Origin: Escherichia phage SD2
DNA: 64,000 nt
Sequence record: PQ821640
Reading direction: 5' to 3' (one strand)
Shown here: in pieces, positions 53,105 to 63,079 of the stretch
Position numbering within the stretch: position 1 is the stretch's first letter
Layout: every line of letters begins with the position of its first letter
Notes under the pieces: generated by a model
Databases searched by the model: none
Told to the model about the DNA's origin: nothing
Seen by the model: the letters and a program-made list of their open reading frames with translations, nothing else
Made by a program: the position numbers and the translations under genes

Positions 53105-55366
53105 TTACATCTTACAAGCCTCACAACCAGATTCTTCATCTTCTTGAGCGAGTGAGGTTGCCGATTTTGTTCTACTATTTAGATAGTACAAAGATTTACC
53201 ACCAAGTTTTGCAAACTGAAGGATATATTGCATTTCTGATTTAATGGATAAACGACCACCTTCCATCTTAGAATAGTCAATCCACTTATCACATGATGCA
53301 CCTTGATCTAAGAATTTAGTCAATAATCCATATGCTTCAGCCATATCTTTATCTGGCGTATCCCAAGCCGATTGGTAAATATCTTTTAGTTTATCATAGT
53401 CTGGCACAATAAATAGGACATTACCTTTTTGGCTTTGTTTATAAACTATAGTATCACGTACAGGATACACAGAGTTAGTCGTATTACTTACGAGACTACT
53501 GGACTCATTCGGAGCAATAGCTGCTAATACACTATTTCGGATACCGCCTTGTGCAATGATATCTTGTCGTAAACCTTCCCAATCCATTTTAAGTTTAAAA
53601 TTGCCAATATCGTCTACAGCTTTAGCGTAGGTATCAATAGGCAACCATCCTTCAGGCCATTTGGTTTTATGCATCCATTCTGCATTACCCTTCTCTTTTG
53701 CCAAACGAAGAGAAGCTCTTGCTAACCAGTAATAATGCCTTTCTGCTAATTCGTGAATTAGTTTTTTGCCGTAAGGATCTGAATAAGTAACAAAATTACT
53801 TGCCAGATAATGTGCAAGGTTTGTAATACCTACACCGATAGACCTACGTGCTTTAGCAGTGATTTCGTTATGTTTAAACGGATACTGCATTGTTTCAATA
53901 ACATTATCAATAGTTAGAACTGTATAATATGCAACATCTTCATATTCTTCTGGTGTAACACGACCAGCTACAATAGAAGACAGGAAGCATAATGCCAATT
54001 CTTGATCTTCTGTATTCTCACCTGTGAAAAGATCAGTTATATTGTGAAATGCTTTCGTAGGTAAGAAAATTTCTTGGCACAAGTTTGACTGATAAATAAC
54101 ATCCTTAAACGGAGTATGCCTATTAGCATTATCCGCAAAGAACATATAAATACGTCCTGTCTCTGCTCTTTGTGTAATAATTTCTGCCAGAAGATCTCGT
54201 GCTTTTACAAACTTCTTCTTAATACGTTTGCGACTAACTTTTTCATATACTTCTTCAAACTCTTCCTCGCTTTTATAAAGCGCCTCATAGAGTTCTGGTG
54301 CTTCGTCATAACTAACTAGCATCCAATCTTTACCTTTTGCTGCACGGCGCAGGAAAGCATTGTTTACTACGATAGAGTAATCAAGTTTATCTACTCGTTT
54401 TTCACTAACAGTAGTTGGGTTTTTCAAACGTACCAGATCTTCAAAATCAGGTTCTAATATTGTAAACGTTACTGTTGCACTTCCACCACGACTTGCTTGT
54501 TTTGATGCTCCAACACTTGTCTCCATCCATTTCAGATATGGTAAAAGACCACCGTGAACAATACGGTTGTTCTTAACACCTTGTCCTGTAGCACGGGTTT
54601 GGAGGTTAACACCAATACCTGCATTATTCAATGTATATTCATGCGCAAGATAGTTAGCAATTGCTAAAGATTCTGCTGTATCATCTGCTCTAAACAGACA
54701 ACAAGAAGCACTACCTTTAATCTTAGTACGCAAAGTTGTTAAATAAGGCGATGGTAAATTAATCTTAAGATCACTTACGTAGGTATATAGACGTTTAATG
54801 TCTTCTACTCTGCGATCTTTTGGTTGAATTTCCATTACCTTCATTGCTACACCAATGAATAAAAACTGTGGTGATTCAAAAACAACATCATTGATCGCAT
54901 CTTTCACAAGATACTTATCAACCATCTGGCGCAGTACGGAATAACCATAAGTTAGGTTTTTATCGTGATTGACAATTTTACCAATCTCAATAATTTCTTC
55001 TTCTGTATAATCCATTTTTCCCCAATAGCCTTTACTTACAGACATATTGTAGAAATCCAGGAGGGAGGGGATATTGTGATATCCCCCATGAGCCTGTTTA
55101 TAAATCATACCAAGAAGTAACCGACCTGCCATATCACTATATGCCTGATCTTTCTTATCAATACATGCTGCTATCATAGCTTTATGTAAATCACGAGTAG
55201 GCACACCGTCGTAACAACGTTTAACAGCTTCAAGTTCAATTTCAGACCAATTTAATTTACCAGCAGCAAACTCTGACCATTTACGAAGTTTTTCTGGATT
55301 AAATTCTTCTTTCTTGCCGTTTGTTTTTGTTACATAACGGATAGATTTGCTTAGATACTGAGTCAC
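53105..55366 (-). CDS. nrdA: ribonucleotide reductase class Ia alpha subunit
   Basis: 753 aa aligning along its length with my recollection of E. coli NrdA; C-terminal CEAC pair; apparent GTG start with AGGAG SD. Confidence 0.95.
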   Translation of the reverse strand: MTQYLSKSIRYVTKTNGKKEEFNPEKLRKWSEFAAGKLNWSEIELEAVKRCYDGVPTRDLHKAMIAACIDKKDQAYSDMAGRLLLGMIYKQAHGGYHNIPSLLDFYNMSVSKGYWGKMDYTEEEIIEIGKIVNHDKNLTYGYSVLRQMVDKYLVKDAINDVVFESPQFLFIGVAMKVMEIQPKDRRVEDIKRLYTYVSDLKINLPSPYLTTLRTKIKGSASCCLFRADDTAESLAIANYLAHEYTLNNAGIGVNLQTRATGQGVKNNRIVHGGLLPYLKWMETSVGASKQASRGGSATVTFTILEPDFEDLVRLKNPTTVSEKRVDKLDYSIVVNNAFLRRAAKGKDWMLVSYDEAPELYEALYKSEEEFEEVYEKVSRKRIKKKFVKARDLLAEIITQRAETGRIYMFFADNANRHTPFKDVIYQSNLCQEIFLPTKAFHNITDLFTGENTEDQELALCFLSSIVAGRVTPEEYEDVAYYTVLTIDNVIETMQYPFKHNEITAKARRSIGVGITNLAHYLASNFVTYSDPYGKKLIHELAERHYYWLARASLRLAKEKGNAEWMHKTKWPEGWLPIDTYAKAVDDIGNFKLKMDWEGLRQDIIAQGGIRNSVLAAIAPNESSSLVSNTTNSVYPVRDTIVYKQSQKGNVLFIVPDYDKLKDIYQSAWDTPDKDMAEAYGLLTKFLDQGASCDKWIDYSKMEGGRLSIKSEMQYILQFAKLGGKSLYYLNSRTKSATSLAQEDEESGCEACKM

Positions 55367-55377
55367 TTCCTCTCCTA

Positions 55378-55638
55378 TTAATTGTGCATGTTTAGAACAT
55401 CTACATCATAACCGCCACGCATCTCATTATATAAGCCATTTGCGTATAGAAAACCTTCAAAATGATCTATACCTTCAAAACCTTTTGCCTTTGCTTTGCG
55501 GTCTGCTTCTTGTCTTTTTGGTGATAATCTTTTAGATGTATCAAGGATAACTGTTACATTGCAACCTAATGTTTCATCAAAATAGACTTCAATTTCACAG
55601 CCTTCATATTTATTACTTTCTGTCATTTGGCCTCTCAA
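55378..55638 (-). CDS. hypothetical protein
   Basis: 86 aa. Confidence 0.6.
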   Translation of the reverse strand: MRGQMTESNKYEGCEIEVYFDETLGCNVTVILDTSKRLSPKRQEADRKAKAKGFEGIDHFEGFLYANGLYNEMRGGYDVDVLNMHN

Positions 55639-56049
55639 TTAGAATTCAGAATCATCATCTCGTGATGGATCATGTTCATTTCCGAAGTCTTCCATTTTGA
55701 TATGAGAGCTACCCCAACCTGTAAAATCTTCTTCTCCAAAGTGCAAAATATCTACACCTTGATAGATTCGCTTATATTTATAGTCTTGTCGAACTGGGAA
55801 AGTATACAATGTAGTATTTGCAAACACCACACGTCGATTGTTGTTACTACGAATATTAACACCACGTTCTACTGTATAATGTCCATCGGTAGACATACCA
55901 AGCATTACTAATGCTGCTCGCAATGTGGTGTTATGATACTCGTGAGGAATTTTTCCTCCGTGCTTTTTAGCCATTTCTTTCCAGATCGGTGTAGCCTTAA
56001 TGGTAGACATACTTACGGTCGCCCAAATGGTTGTATTAATTAGTGACAT
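55639..56049 (-). CDS. hypothetical protein
   Basis: 136 aa. Confidence 0.6.
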   Translation of the reverse strand: MSLINTTIWATVSMSTIKATPIWKEMAKKHGGKIPHEYHNTTLRAALVMLGMSTDGHYTVERGVNIRSNNNRRVVFANTTLYTFPVRQDYKYKRIYQGVDILHFGEEDFTGWGSSHIKMEDFGNEHDPSRDDDSEF

Positions 56050-56146
56050 AAATTCTCCTTCTCTCTTTTAAGGAGAGCATAGCTCTCCTAACGTTAGCCT
56101 ATACTACACGAATCTCAATTAAAAGTCAACTATAATTTTAAGTTGA

Positions 56147-57118
56147 TCACCATTTTGTATGGTTCGTCAAAAGTTGACGATGTTGAATCCAACCACAGAA
56201 GTTTCCACTCCACAAACGATGTTTACGATCCATATGTGTAATACCTTCTTCCCAAGAGGAAGGGAACGGAGGAATATTAATACCACCTTTCTGTTGTTTT
56301 AATCCTGACAAATCCATTTCTTTCATTGGCGTTGCCTGGTGTTCAAACGGAGATGCATGTACCTTTTGTCCAGACAGCAAACGAGAATAGATATCCAATG
56401 CTTTATCTTTAGTATCATTCAACTTACGATAACTTACCTGAGCGCAACAAGAAGCTGAAATAGCTTTTGCTTCATCTTCTGTCAACATTTTCTCGTTGGA
56501 GAAGGTTTCACCCAAGAAATAACGGATCATACCAGTTTCTGGATCTCGATCACGATTAACGTAAGGTGTATGCCATTCCCCTGGGAAAAGAAGATATGGT
56601 TCAGAAGATTCATACAGTTTTTTAATTTCTTTAGCAAGAGCCTCAATAGTAGGATCTGCATCAGCATCTACGCGCAACCACAAGAAGTTTTCTAGCTCTG
56701 TAGTGGTTACTACAGTCTTCATACGCTGAAATGGTTCTAGTAGGCGGTTTGCAACCTGTTTATGATAACCAGCAAGGGCAAACTCTTCTGCAAAACGTGC
56801 AGCACTTAGCGCAGCCAAGTCCCACCATTCTTTTGCAGTGTAACCTGCATCAATCAGGGCATCGTGATCTGTGCCTTTATCTTGCATACCTGGTTGGTTA
56901 GCACCAAAACGATAAGGACGTGCTGGAGATTGCCGTACCATTTCAATCAGGGTTTTAACAGGGATAGCTCGACTTGATGCTGCATTACGAGAAAACAAAC
57001 GATGCGTCATCAATTCAGAGTGAATGATTCGAGGATATTCAAGTTCAAAGGTAACAATATCCTTACCTTCGGATGTTTGAGAGTGTGCAATAATTTTTGC
57101 TGAAATAGAATTTGTCAT
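56147..57118 (-). CDS. ThyX-family (flavin-dependent thymidylate synthase-like) protein with atypical THR motif
   Basis: VTFELEYPRIIHSELMTHRLFSRNAASSRA aligns with the ThyX FTF...RHRxxSxNxxSxR region, but the first Arg of RHR is Thr; 323 aa, longer than typical ThyX. Confidence 0.6.
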   Translation of the reverse strand: MTNSISAKIIAHSQTSEGKDIVTFELEYPRIIHSELMTHRLFSRNAASSRAIPVKTLIEMVRQSPARPYRFGANQPGMQDKGTDHDALIDAGYTAKEWWDLAALSAARFAEEFALAGYHKQVANRLLEPFQRMKTVVTTTELENFLWLRVDADADPTIEALAKEIKKLYESSEPYLLFPGEWHTPYVNRDRDPETGMIRYFLGETFSNEKMLTEDEAKAISASCCAQVSYRKLNDTKDKALDIYSRLLSGQKVHASPFEHQATPMKEMDLSGLKQQKGGINIPPFPSSWEEGITHMDRKHRLWSGNFCGWIQHRQLLTNHTKW

Positions 57119-57127
57119 TATTTCTCC

Positions 57128-57718
57128 TTAAGGTAGTAAAATACTTTCAATTTCTTCCCACTGATTATTTAAACCAGTGATAATTACATTAGGAAGTTTC
57201 TTTAACTCTTCCAAATATGGATCTTCGTAAATAGTGTTGAAATATATTTTCAACGTTTCATCTGGAAACAGGACAAGATTTTCAGCCCTATCGTCAATAG
57301 TTACATCGCAAGGTAATAAGTATTTTTCTTTTGTTGCGAAAAAACCATTACCAGATGTTCTACTAAAATCCACTTTATCTAAAGATCGTGTTACGTGTCT
57401 ATATTTAGAACTAAGGTGTCCACCCTTAGTGTGACTCGCTATAGATATATTAGCTCCATTTGCAATTATACGATGAACAACATCTGTACTATTAGGTACT
57501 ACTCCCATAGTATCATATAGATGTTGGTTATCCCAAAAAGAGTAAGGATCTACACCAAATTGCTTTTTAAAATCAGGGAAATATTTCGTAATATCATAGT
57601 GCACAGTTTTATGTGTCTTATCAAATTTGATATTAGATCTACTTACCGCATTTAACCAATTTAACCATTCTATATCCGCTGGAGCTATTACTAAATCCCA
57701 ATCACATACTAGACGCAT
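57128..57718 (-). CDS. putative HAD-type 5'(3')-deoxyribonucleotidase
   Basis: Track ORF trimmed to ATG at 57718 (AGGAG SD); DWD near the N-terminus (VCDWDLVIA) resembles HAD motif I; tentative. Confidence 0.45.
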   Translation of the reverse strand: MRLVCDWDLVIAPADIEWLNWLNAVSRSNIKFDKTHKTVHYDITKYFPDFKKQFGVDPYSFWDNQHLYDTMGVVPNSTDVVHRIIANGANISIASHTKGGHLSSKYRHVTRSLDKVDFSRTSGNGFFATKEKYLLPCDVTIDDRAENLVLFPDETLKIYFNTIYEDPYLEELKKLPNVIITGLNNQWEEIESILLP

Positions 57719-58265
57719 TATTTCTCCTGTTATAACATTTTCTACACATTGTTTCGTAAATGTCTTCTCCTCCAATAACAATCTGTTCTTTAGAGTCGAT
57801 AAGTCTAGCATTGAAAATAGCTTTTCTTCCACATTTACAAATGCTTTTCAATTCTGTAATTGAATCTGCTATGGCTAATAACCGTTCAGAACCTTCAAAC
57901 AATTCTGTAGCAAAATCTGTTTTAAGTCCATAGCAGAATACAGGAATATCGTAATTATCTACCACATCTCCAAGAATGTCAACCATATCTTTAGTTAGGA
58001 ATTGTGATTCATCCACAAATACTGCATCTACTGGATTTTCTTTAAGTTGTGTATAAATTTCCAGCATATCTTCTTTTGTTTTAACTGGTTTTGCTTCCTC
58101 TTTAATACCTATCCTGGAAGCAATAGCACCACCAGATCTGGTATCTAAAGCTGAAGTTAAAAGAAGAACTTTCATATTTCTTTCTTTATAGTTCCAAGCT
58201 GTTTGTAGAAGATGTGTGCTTTTACCACTGTTCATCGGACTATATCGGAAATAAAGTTTAGCCAT
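57702..58265 (-). CDS. tdk: thymidine kinase
   Basis: MAKLYFRYSPMNSGKSTHLLQTAWNYKERNM closely matches the E. coli Tdk N-terminus as I recall it; C-terminal CxxC pairs. Confidence 0.9.
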   Translation of the reverse strand: MAKLYFRYSPMNSGKSTHLLQTAWNYKERNMKVLLLTSALDTRSGGAIASRIGIKEEAKPVKTKEDMLEIYTQLKENPVDAVFVDESQFLTKDMVDILGDVVDNYDIPVFCYGLKTDFATELFEGSERLLAIADSITELKSICKCGRKAIFNARLIDSKEQIVIGGEDIYETMCRKCYNRRNNASSM

Positions 58266-58310
58266 ATTTTCTCCTCTAACGCTCCCGTTTGTGGGAGCGA
58301 TAATACTTTA

Positions 58311-58886
58311 TTATTTCTCTTCGTCAAGAAGAATTTTTACTATTTGTTTTCTTCGCTTACTTACTGTACTTTCTGGTGAAATTCCGCGCTTCGTTAGCCA
58401 ATTTTTATCCTTTTTAGACTGGCATAAAGCTATCGCTTCCTTCTCCGCTTTTGCTTCCCTGAATGTCATATCGTGCTTGTCAGCATAAGCTAGGATAGCG
58501 TTACACTGCTTACAAACTACACGCAGGTCGTCTTCTGTTACATACAATAGGCGTAAAACAAAACTTGGGATATCTTCATAACAGGTTAATGTACCTGCTG
58601 CATTAATATGGTCTACTTGAAAATCTTTCATACCTCCTGTATGTCCACACAATTCACATTGACAATTCCAAACCTGTTTCGGTTTGCCTGTTTTCTTATC
58701 TAAAACTACATTGCCATCTTTATCCAACCTATCGGCTTTAAATCGTACAGATTGGATCTTTTTTATCTTATTCGGGTGTCTCACCCATGCTTTCCTTAAG
58801 CAACCCCTTAAATATGTATAAAAGGCTGCTTGAGTTTTCCAAGGTGTTCCATCTCCCCAAATAACTTTAGGTTCTTTATTTTCCAA
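58311..58886 (-). CDS. HNH-family endonuclease
   Basis: CQCELCGH...FQVDHINAAG...CKQCN pattern. Confidence 0.6.
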   Translation of the reverse strand: MENKEPKVIWGDGTPWKTQAAFYTYLRGCLRKAWVRHPNKIKKIQSVRFKADRLDKDGNVVLDKKTGKPKQVWNCQCELCGHTGGMKDFQVDHINAAGTLTCYEDIPSFVLRLLYVTEDDLRVVCKQCNAILAYADKHDMTFREAKAEKEAIALCQSKKDKNWLTKRGISPESTVSKRRKQIVKILLDEEK

Positions 58887-59076
58887 TAGTGCTCACCTTT
58901 TTAGCTACATAATCTCCAGGTGGAATGTTATATTTAAAGAAAAGCATACGGTCTAAACCCGCCTTACACATGTTTTCTGGGATTGTGATTGTATATAGGA
59001 GTTTATCTCCACGTTTATTGTATATTTTATATACTTCACCCTCTCCGTATTGTTTACCGTGAGAAGCCATCCACAC
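58876..59076 (-). CDS. hypothetical protein
   Basis: 66 aa. Confidence 0.55.
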   Translation of the reverse strand: MWMASHGKQYGEGEVYKIYNKRGDKLLYTITIPENMCKAGLDRMLFFKYNIPPGDYVAKKVSTIGK

Positions 59077-59455
59077 TCTCCTTCAATTGTTCAATAGCAT
59101 CTGCTGCTTCAATATACTTACCTTTATACATTGCTTTTAAAGCCTTACGAACAAGATCATCGTCTGTGTATAAATCAATTAGCTGATTAGCTAACTCAAT
59201 TTTTACAGGATTTTTTAAGTTAGGGTAGGCTTCATACAACATATTGTAATATTTATCACTCAATTCTTTTTCAATATGAATAACGTGAATCGCTTTGTTT
59301 AGGTTGATCACACGATCACCTTTGTTTCGACAAGCATACTTAGCTAATTTAGTGAAACAAGGAGTTGCACCAATTAGATATGCAAGTTCCAAAGGTTGCA
59401 TACGCATACGTTTGTAGTGATCACCATCAATTTGAATATCCAGTGCTGTAGTCAT
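59054..59455 (-). CDS. hypothetical protein
   Basis: 133 aa. Confidence 0.65.
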   Translation of the reverse strand: MTTALDIQIDGDHYKRMRMQPLELAYLIGATPCFTKLAKYACRNKGDRVINLNKAIHVIHIEKELSDKYYNMLYEAYPNLKNPVKIELANQLIDLYTDDDLVRKALKAMYKGKYIEAADAIEQLKESVDGFSR

Positions 59456-59465
59456 AAATCCTCCA

Positions 59466-59490
59466 AAAATAAAGGGGCTTTCGCCCCTTT
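59466..59490 (-). terminator. rho-independent terminator
   Basis: GGGGC-TTTC-GCCCC then TTTATTTTT on the minus strand. Confidence 0.7.
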
Positions 59491-59493
59491 TTA

Positions 59494-60456
59494 TTAAATT
59501 CCAATAACAGTGTTTACACGCTTCTCTTTGCTACGCAAATTAACACGTCCACGAGACAGGCTATTACATGATGTGCATCTTAGCACTTGGAATGTACTAA
59601 CCGCTGTTGTGTAAACCTTACCAGGAACAACTTCAAGGTGCTCTTTACCGCAACGAGGACAACGAAGTTTTTCATCGTCATAGAATGCAGATACGTTAGG
59701 ATGTTGTGGAATCCACGCACGAAGTTTGATGTAAAGATCTCTAAGAGAAACAACATCACCATCATTGTATGTTTGCATACGGAAGAAGGCGTGTCTGTCT
59801 CCTTCACAACATGCTTTCCACAAAGGAAAACCTTCATTATCAAGTTTAAAGTTTTCTGTATCAAAATACAAACACATTTCTTTAAGCGCATTAGAAGGTA
59901 GTGCAAACTGCTTCTTAGCTGCCTTGAGTGTATCAATTACAACATAGTGTGATGGTGGCTCCATACCGTGAAAAGCAAAACGTTGGTTAATATAAGCCTT
60001 ATCAAACTTAATACCGTTGTGCGCGATCACAATATCTGCATCGTCAAGCAAGTGCCACAGATCTTGACATAATTCCCAATCATCTGTATGATCTATGTCA
60101 AACAGAGGGTAATTGCTAAGGTTCTTACCTTCTACTTCTCCTGTTTCTAAATCAGCAGATGAATAGGAAAGCAAGTAACCTCGACGAATAACTTGTTCAG
60201 GTGCAATAAAGGCTTTGAAACGTGAGAAGCTATACACAATCTCCGGTGCTGTCTCTACGTCAATAATTTTAATTACTGGCCCACCTTTATCTTGCGGAGC
60301 ACCGCGATGTGGTGAATTTACACGAGCTAAGTAATCATTTACTGTGCTCTTCTTAGTAGAACTTCCCAACACCTCTTGTGCAATCTTACGCGAAGAATAA
60401 CCTTGTGCTTTCATAGATACAATCAAGGCTTTCTGTTCGTCTGTTAATTTACTCAA
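59494..60456 (-). CDS. DEDDh-type 3'-5' exonuclease with N-terminal HTH and C-terminal zinc ribbon
   Basis: IIDVETAP (Exo I), VIAHNGIKFDKAYI (Exo II), TYNDGD (Exo III-like); CPRCG...CTSCN at the C-terminus. Confidence 0.65.
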   Translation of the reverse strand: MSKLTDEQKALIVSMKAQGYSSRKIAQEVLGSSTKKSTVNDYLARVNSPHRGAPQDKGGPVIKIIDVETAPEIVYSFSRFKAFIAPEQVIRRGYLLSYSSADLETGEVEGKNLSNYPLFDIDHTDDWELCQDLWHLLDDADIVIAHNGIKFDKAYINQRFAFHGMEPPSHYVVIDTLKAAKKQFALPSNALKEMCLYFDTENFKLDNEGFPLWKACCEGDRHAFFRMQTYNDGDVVSLRDLYIKLRAWIPQHPNVSAFYDDEKLRCPRCGKEHLEVVPGKVYTTAVSTFQVLRCTSCNSLSRGRVNLRSKEKRVNTVIGI

Positions 60457-61487
60457 TGTTCCTCCTGCTCTGAAATATATGCTTGTAGCATACTTTCAAA
60501 AGTTGTTTCATCATTCGCCCAACGTTTCATATATACCAACTGAAAAATTGTCTCTATCCATTCGTCAGTTGTCATCTCTACTTCTTCACCATCCCAAGAA
60601 GTAAATTTAACGCCATCTGGGAACCATTCATAATACTGATCTTTAACTGTCTGAAAAAGTTCAGCCTGTGTTTTACATTTGGAAATAAGATTAAAGCAAG
60701 TAATATCTCCAAACTTAACATCGAAATCTTGGTAAGGTCGAATACTATCTGTCTTATCGCCCATTAGCATTTGATAAGCTAACCAGTAACTACCCCAACC
60801 CTTAATTTCTTTTTTCTTACCTTTTTCTACGATCCAGATATCACCGATAGATTCATCAATCAGAATAATACAAGGATTTTTATAAACACCATCCTCTTTA
60901 TAAAAGTTAAAGAGTAAACTTGGTGTGTGCAAGCTATCTTTGTCGATAGATGCTACAATATGAGAAAACTTACCAGTTTCCTTGTAGGCTTTATACCCTG
61001 CATACCCATAGATTTCTAAAGCATCATCTGCCTCAATACCAGTAACAACGTCACCGTTATGTTTTTCAACTAGATAATCTTTAGTATCTGATAAATGGAT
61101 TGGTCTTAAATCTGATCGTTCTGATTTATATTCTTTTGGCATTTTGAAAGAATGCCGGAAGGTTTTTCCTACCCCGATGACACCGCAATACTTTTGAAGT
61201 TTTAGGTGATCCATCATCTGGGTTATTTTTGTCTTTGCAGCTTGAAACGTAAAAGAAATATTATCTGGGACTATTTGAACATCTTTTATTTCAAAATCTT
61301 CTCTAGAGAACAACTTTTTACCAGAAGCTTCGCGTTGCGCGTTAAGTGCTCCTAACCATCCTCCAATATTTTTTGAAGATTTACCCCAAAAATCTGTTCT
61401 TGTTTCAAACTCTTTTACATTACCGGAAGCCTTGTGTACAGCGTGGATTTTTCTTTGTTCTAAAGCTGAAGACGCTTGGAACGCCAC
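60453..61487 (-). CDS. putative 5'-3' exonuclease / flap endonuclease family protein
   Basis: MLMGDKTDSIRPY resembles the FEN GDxxDNIPG motif; tentative. Confidence 0.45.
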   Translation of the reverse strand: MAFQASSALEQRKIHAVHKASGNVKEFETRTDFWGKSSKNIGGWLGALNAQREASGKKLFSREDFEIKDVQIVPDNISFTFQAAKTKITQMMDHLKLQKYCGVIGVGKTFRHSFKMPKEYKSERSDLRPIHLSDTKDYLVEKHNGDVVTGIEADDALEIYGYAGYKAYKETGKFSHIVASIDKDSLHTPSLLFNFYKEDGVYKNPCIILIDESIGDIWIVEKGKKKEIKGWGSYWLAYQMLMGDKTDSIRPYQDFDVKFGDITCFNLISKCKTQAELFQTVKDQYYEWFPDGVKFTSWDGEEVEMTTDEWIETIFQLVYMKRWANDETTFESMLQAYISEQEEH

Positions 61488-61579
61488 TTGATCGTAGTCT
61501 ATTGCAAGAATTGTGTTCTCGTCAACATATTTGTGCAGGTCTTCCGGTTGGATTAAAATGTAACCGCTAATATTACCTC

Positions 61580-61795
61580 CTATTCATCATCATCTGAACT
61601 CTCTGTTGAGAATGTTCGTGTGTAGGGACACTGACGACTTGCAGAAACCTCTATAACCTTGTCGTACATACCGTTAGAGTAAAAACAGTATTTTGTACTT
61701 CCAGAAACTTGTTCTCCAGAATTAATTAAAGTTATTTGACCAGCATAAGAATAAGAACTGATTACTAAAAGTAAACCGACAAGAAGTTTTTTCAT
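61580..61795 (-). CDS. small secreted protein
   Basis: MKKLLVGLLLVISSYSYAGQ signal-peptide-like N-terminus; GGAG SD. Confidence 0.6.
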   Translation of the reverse strand: MKKLLVGLLLVISSYSYAGQITLINSGEQVSGSTKYCFYSNGMYDKVIEVSASRQCPYTRTFSTESSDDDE

Positions 61796-61869
61796 GGTGT
61801 GTCTCCTTAAAAGCCCACCTAACTAAGTAGGTAGGCATATTAACACATATTAAATTAGTAAGTCAAGTA

Positions 61870-62754
61870 TTATTTTTGAATAGTTGACTTGATAAGGTCT
61901 TGCATAATACCACGGATTTCGTTAAAGCACAGAAGGACAGATGCTTCAAAAGATCCTTCTTCATCATTAAAGTATTTAGGGAATTTAATACCACTCAACT
62001 TAAATTCTTTATCAACAATAAAGTTAACGAAACCGTCATATTCCAGGCCAATGGCAACAACGTGCTTACCATCTTCCATAAGTTCTACTGCACGAGATTC
62101 ATAAAGGGACTCTTTACTCCATACAACCACACCTTCCGAATCTTCAAGTTTAATATAATTACCCAGGGTCAGTCGTTCAGCCTCATGTTCTTCTAAGATG
62201 GTATCAAAACCTTTAATAATGGCTTCTTCGTGTACACTAAACGGCAGAACTGGGAAAGTACCCAACACCTCACGAAGAAATACAGCAATATCTTCACTAA
62301 TTTTCTTAGAACCATTAAGAACATAGGTAATACTGTTTTCAGTGTCTACAACAACATAGTTATAGAAATCATCTGCCTCTGTTTCTGGGAGCAGAGAAAA
62401 GACAATATCAGCCTCAATTGCTTTTTTGCTTTCTTTGTCCAAGAAGAACTCTTTAGTAGGATTTGCAGCAATAAACTCTTGTTCCATCTCCTGGAGTTTT
62501 TCATTAAGAATGCGTTTAACTTTCTTCTTGTTAACTTTCTTAACAGACTGCCCTACTTTAATAACCTCTAAACCAGAGAACACTTTTACATAGGAACCAT
62601 CATCTTCAAAACGAACAAGACCAATGGTATGTGCTTGTTGCCCCTGTGCCACAACAAAATCCAGCGGTTTGTCTGTTACTGTGTTCAGTGCTGAAATAGA
62701 CAGACCATCACCAGAAATCAGGGTTACGCAAGATTTGAAATTTTTAGCAAACAT
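61870..62754 (-). CDS. rdgC: RdgC-like recombination-associated protein
   Basis: Track start is TTG; ATG at 62754 has GAGGAG SD. SLLPETEADDFYNYVVVDTEN...LREVLGTFPVLPFS aligns with my recollection of E. coli RdgC. Confidence 0.6.
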   Translation of the reverse strand: MFAKNFKSCVTLISGDGLSISALNTVTDKPLDFVVAQGQQAHTIGLVRFEDDGSYVKVFSGLEVIKVGQSVKKVNKKKVKRILNEKLQEMEQEFIAANPTKEFFLDKESKKAIEADIVFSLLPETEADDFYNYVVVDTENSITYVLNGSKKISEDIAVFLREVLGTFPVLPFSVHEEAIIKGFDTILEEHEAERLTLGNYIKLEDSEGVVVWSKESLYESRAVELMEDGKHVVAIGLEYDGFVNFIVDKEFKLSGIKFPKYFNDEEGSFEASVLLCFNEIRGIMQDLIKSTIQK

Positions 62755-62764
62755 AGTTTTCTCC

Positions 62765-63043
62765 TCAAATAACAACTACAAAATATTTTACACCATCATA
62801 TTCGACAATATGATCAGGATATTTAAATCCTTTATAAGATTTACCAAACAGACTAACAGCTTCATTAGCTTTGTTTTGCGGATTACTCAACCACTGTTCT
62901 TCTGTGTAAAACTTAAATTCTGTTCTCTTACCTTCTTTTTCTAAACCAACAATTTCCTGTGTGATATCTTCAATACCTGCATTCTTCAAGGATTTAATTA
63001 CCTGACGCAAACCGTGTTTAAAGATATCTTCTGCTGTTAACAT
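62765..63043 (-). CDS. hypothetical protein
   Basis: 92 aa; GGAGG SD. Confidence 0.6.
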   Translation of the reverse strand: MLTAEDIFKHGLRQVIKSLKNAGIEDITQEIVGLEKEGKRTEFKFYTEEQWLSNPQNKANEAVSLFGKSYKGFKYPDHIVEYDGVKYFVVVI

Positions 63044-63056
63044 AATACCTCCAATA

Positions 63057-63072
63057 AGCCCCCGAAGGGGCT
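63057..63072. terminator. intergenic hairpin (possible terminator)
   Basis: AGCCCC-CGAA-GGGGCT; T-rich on the plus side only. Confidence 0.4.
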
Positions 63073-63079
63073 TTATTTC

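Noticed and set aside
59580-59947. Track ORFs 59580..59936(-), 59587..59901(+) and 59765..59947(+)
   Set aside because: They are embedded in or antisense to the exonuclease gene 59494..60456 and have no start signals.
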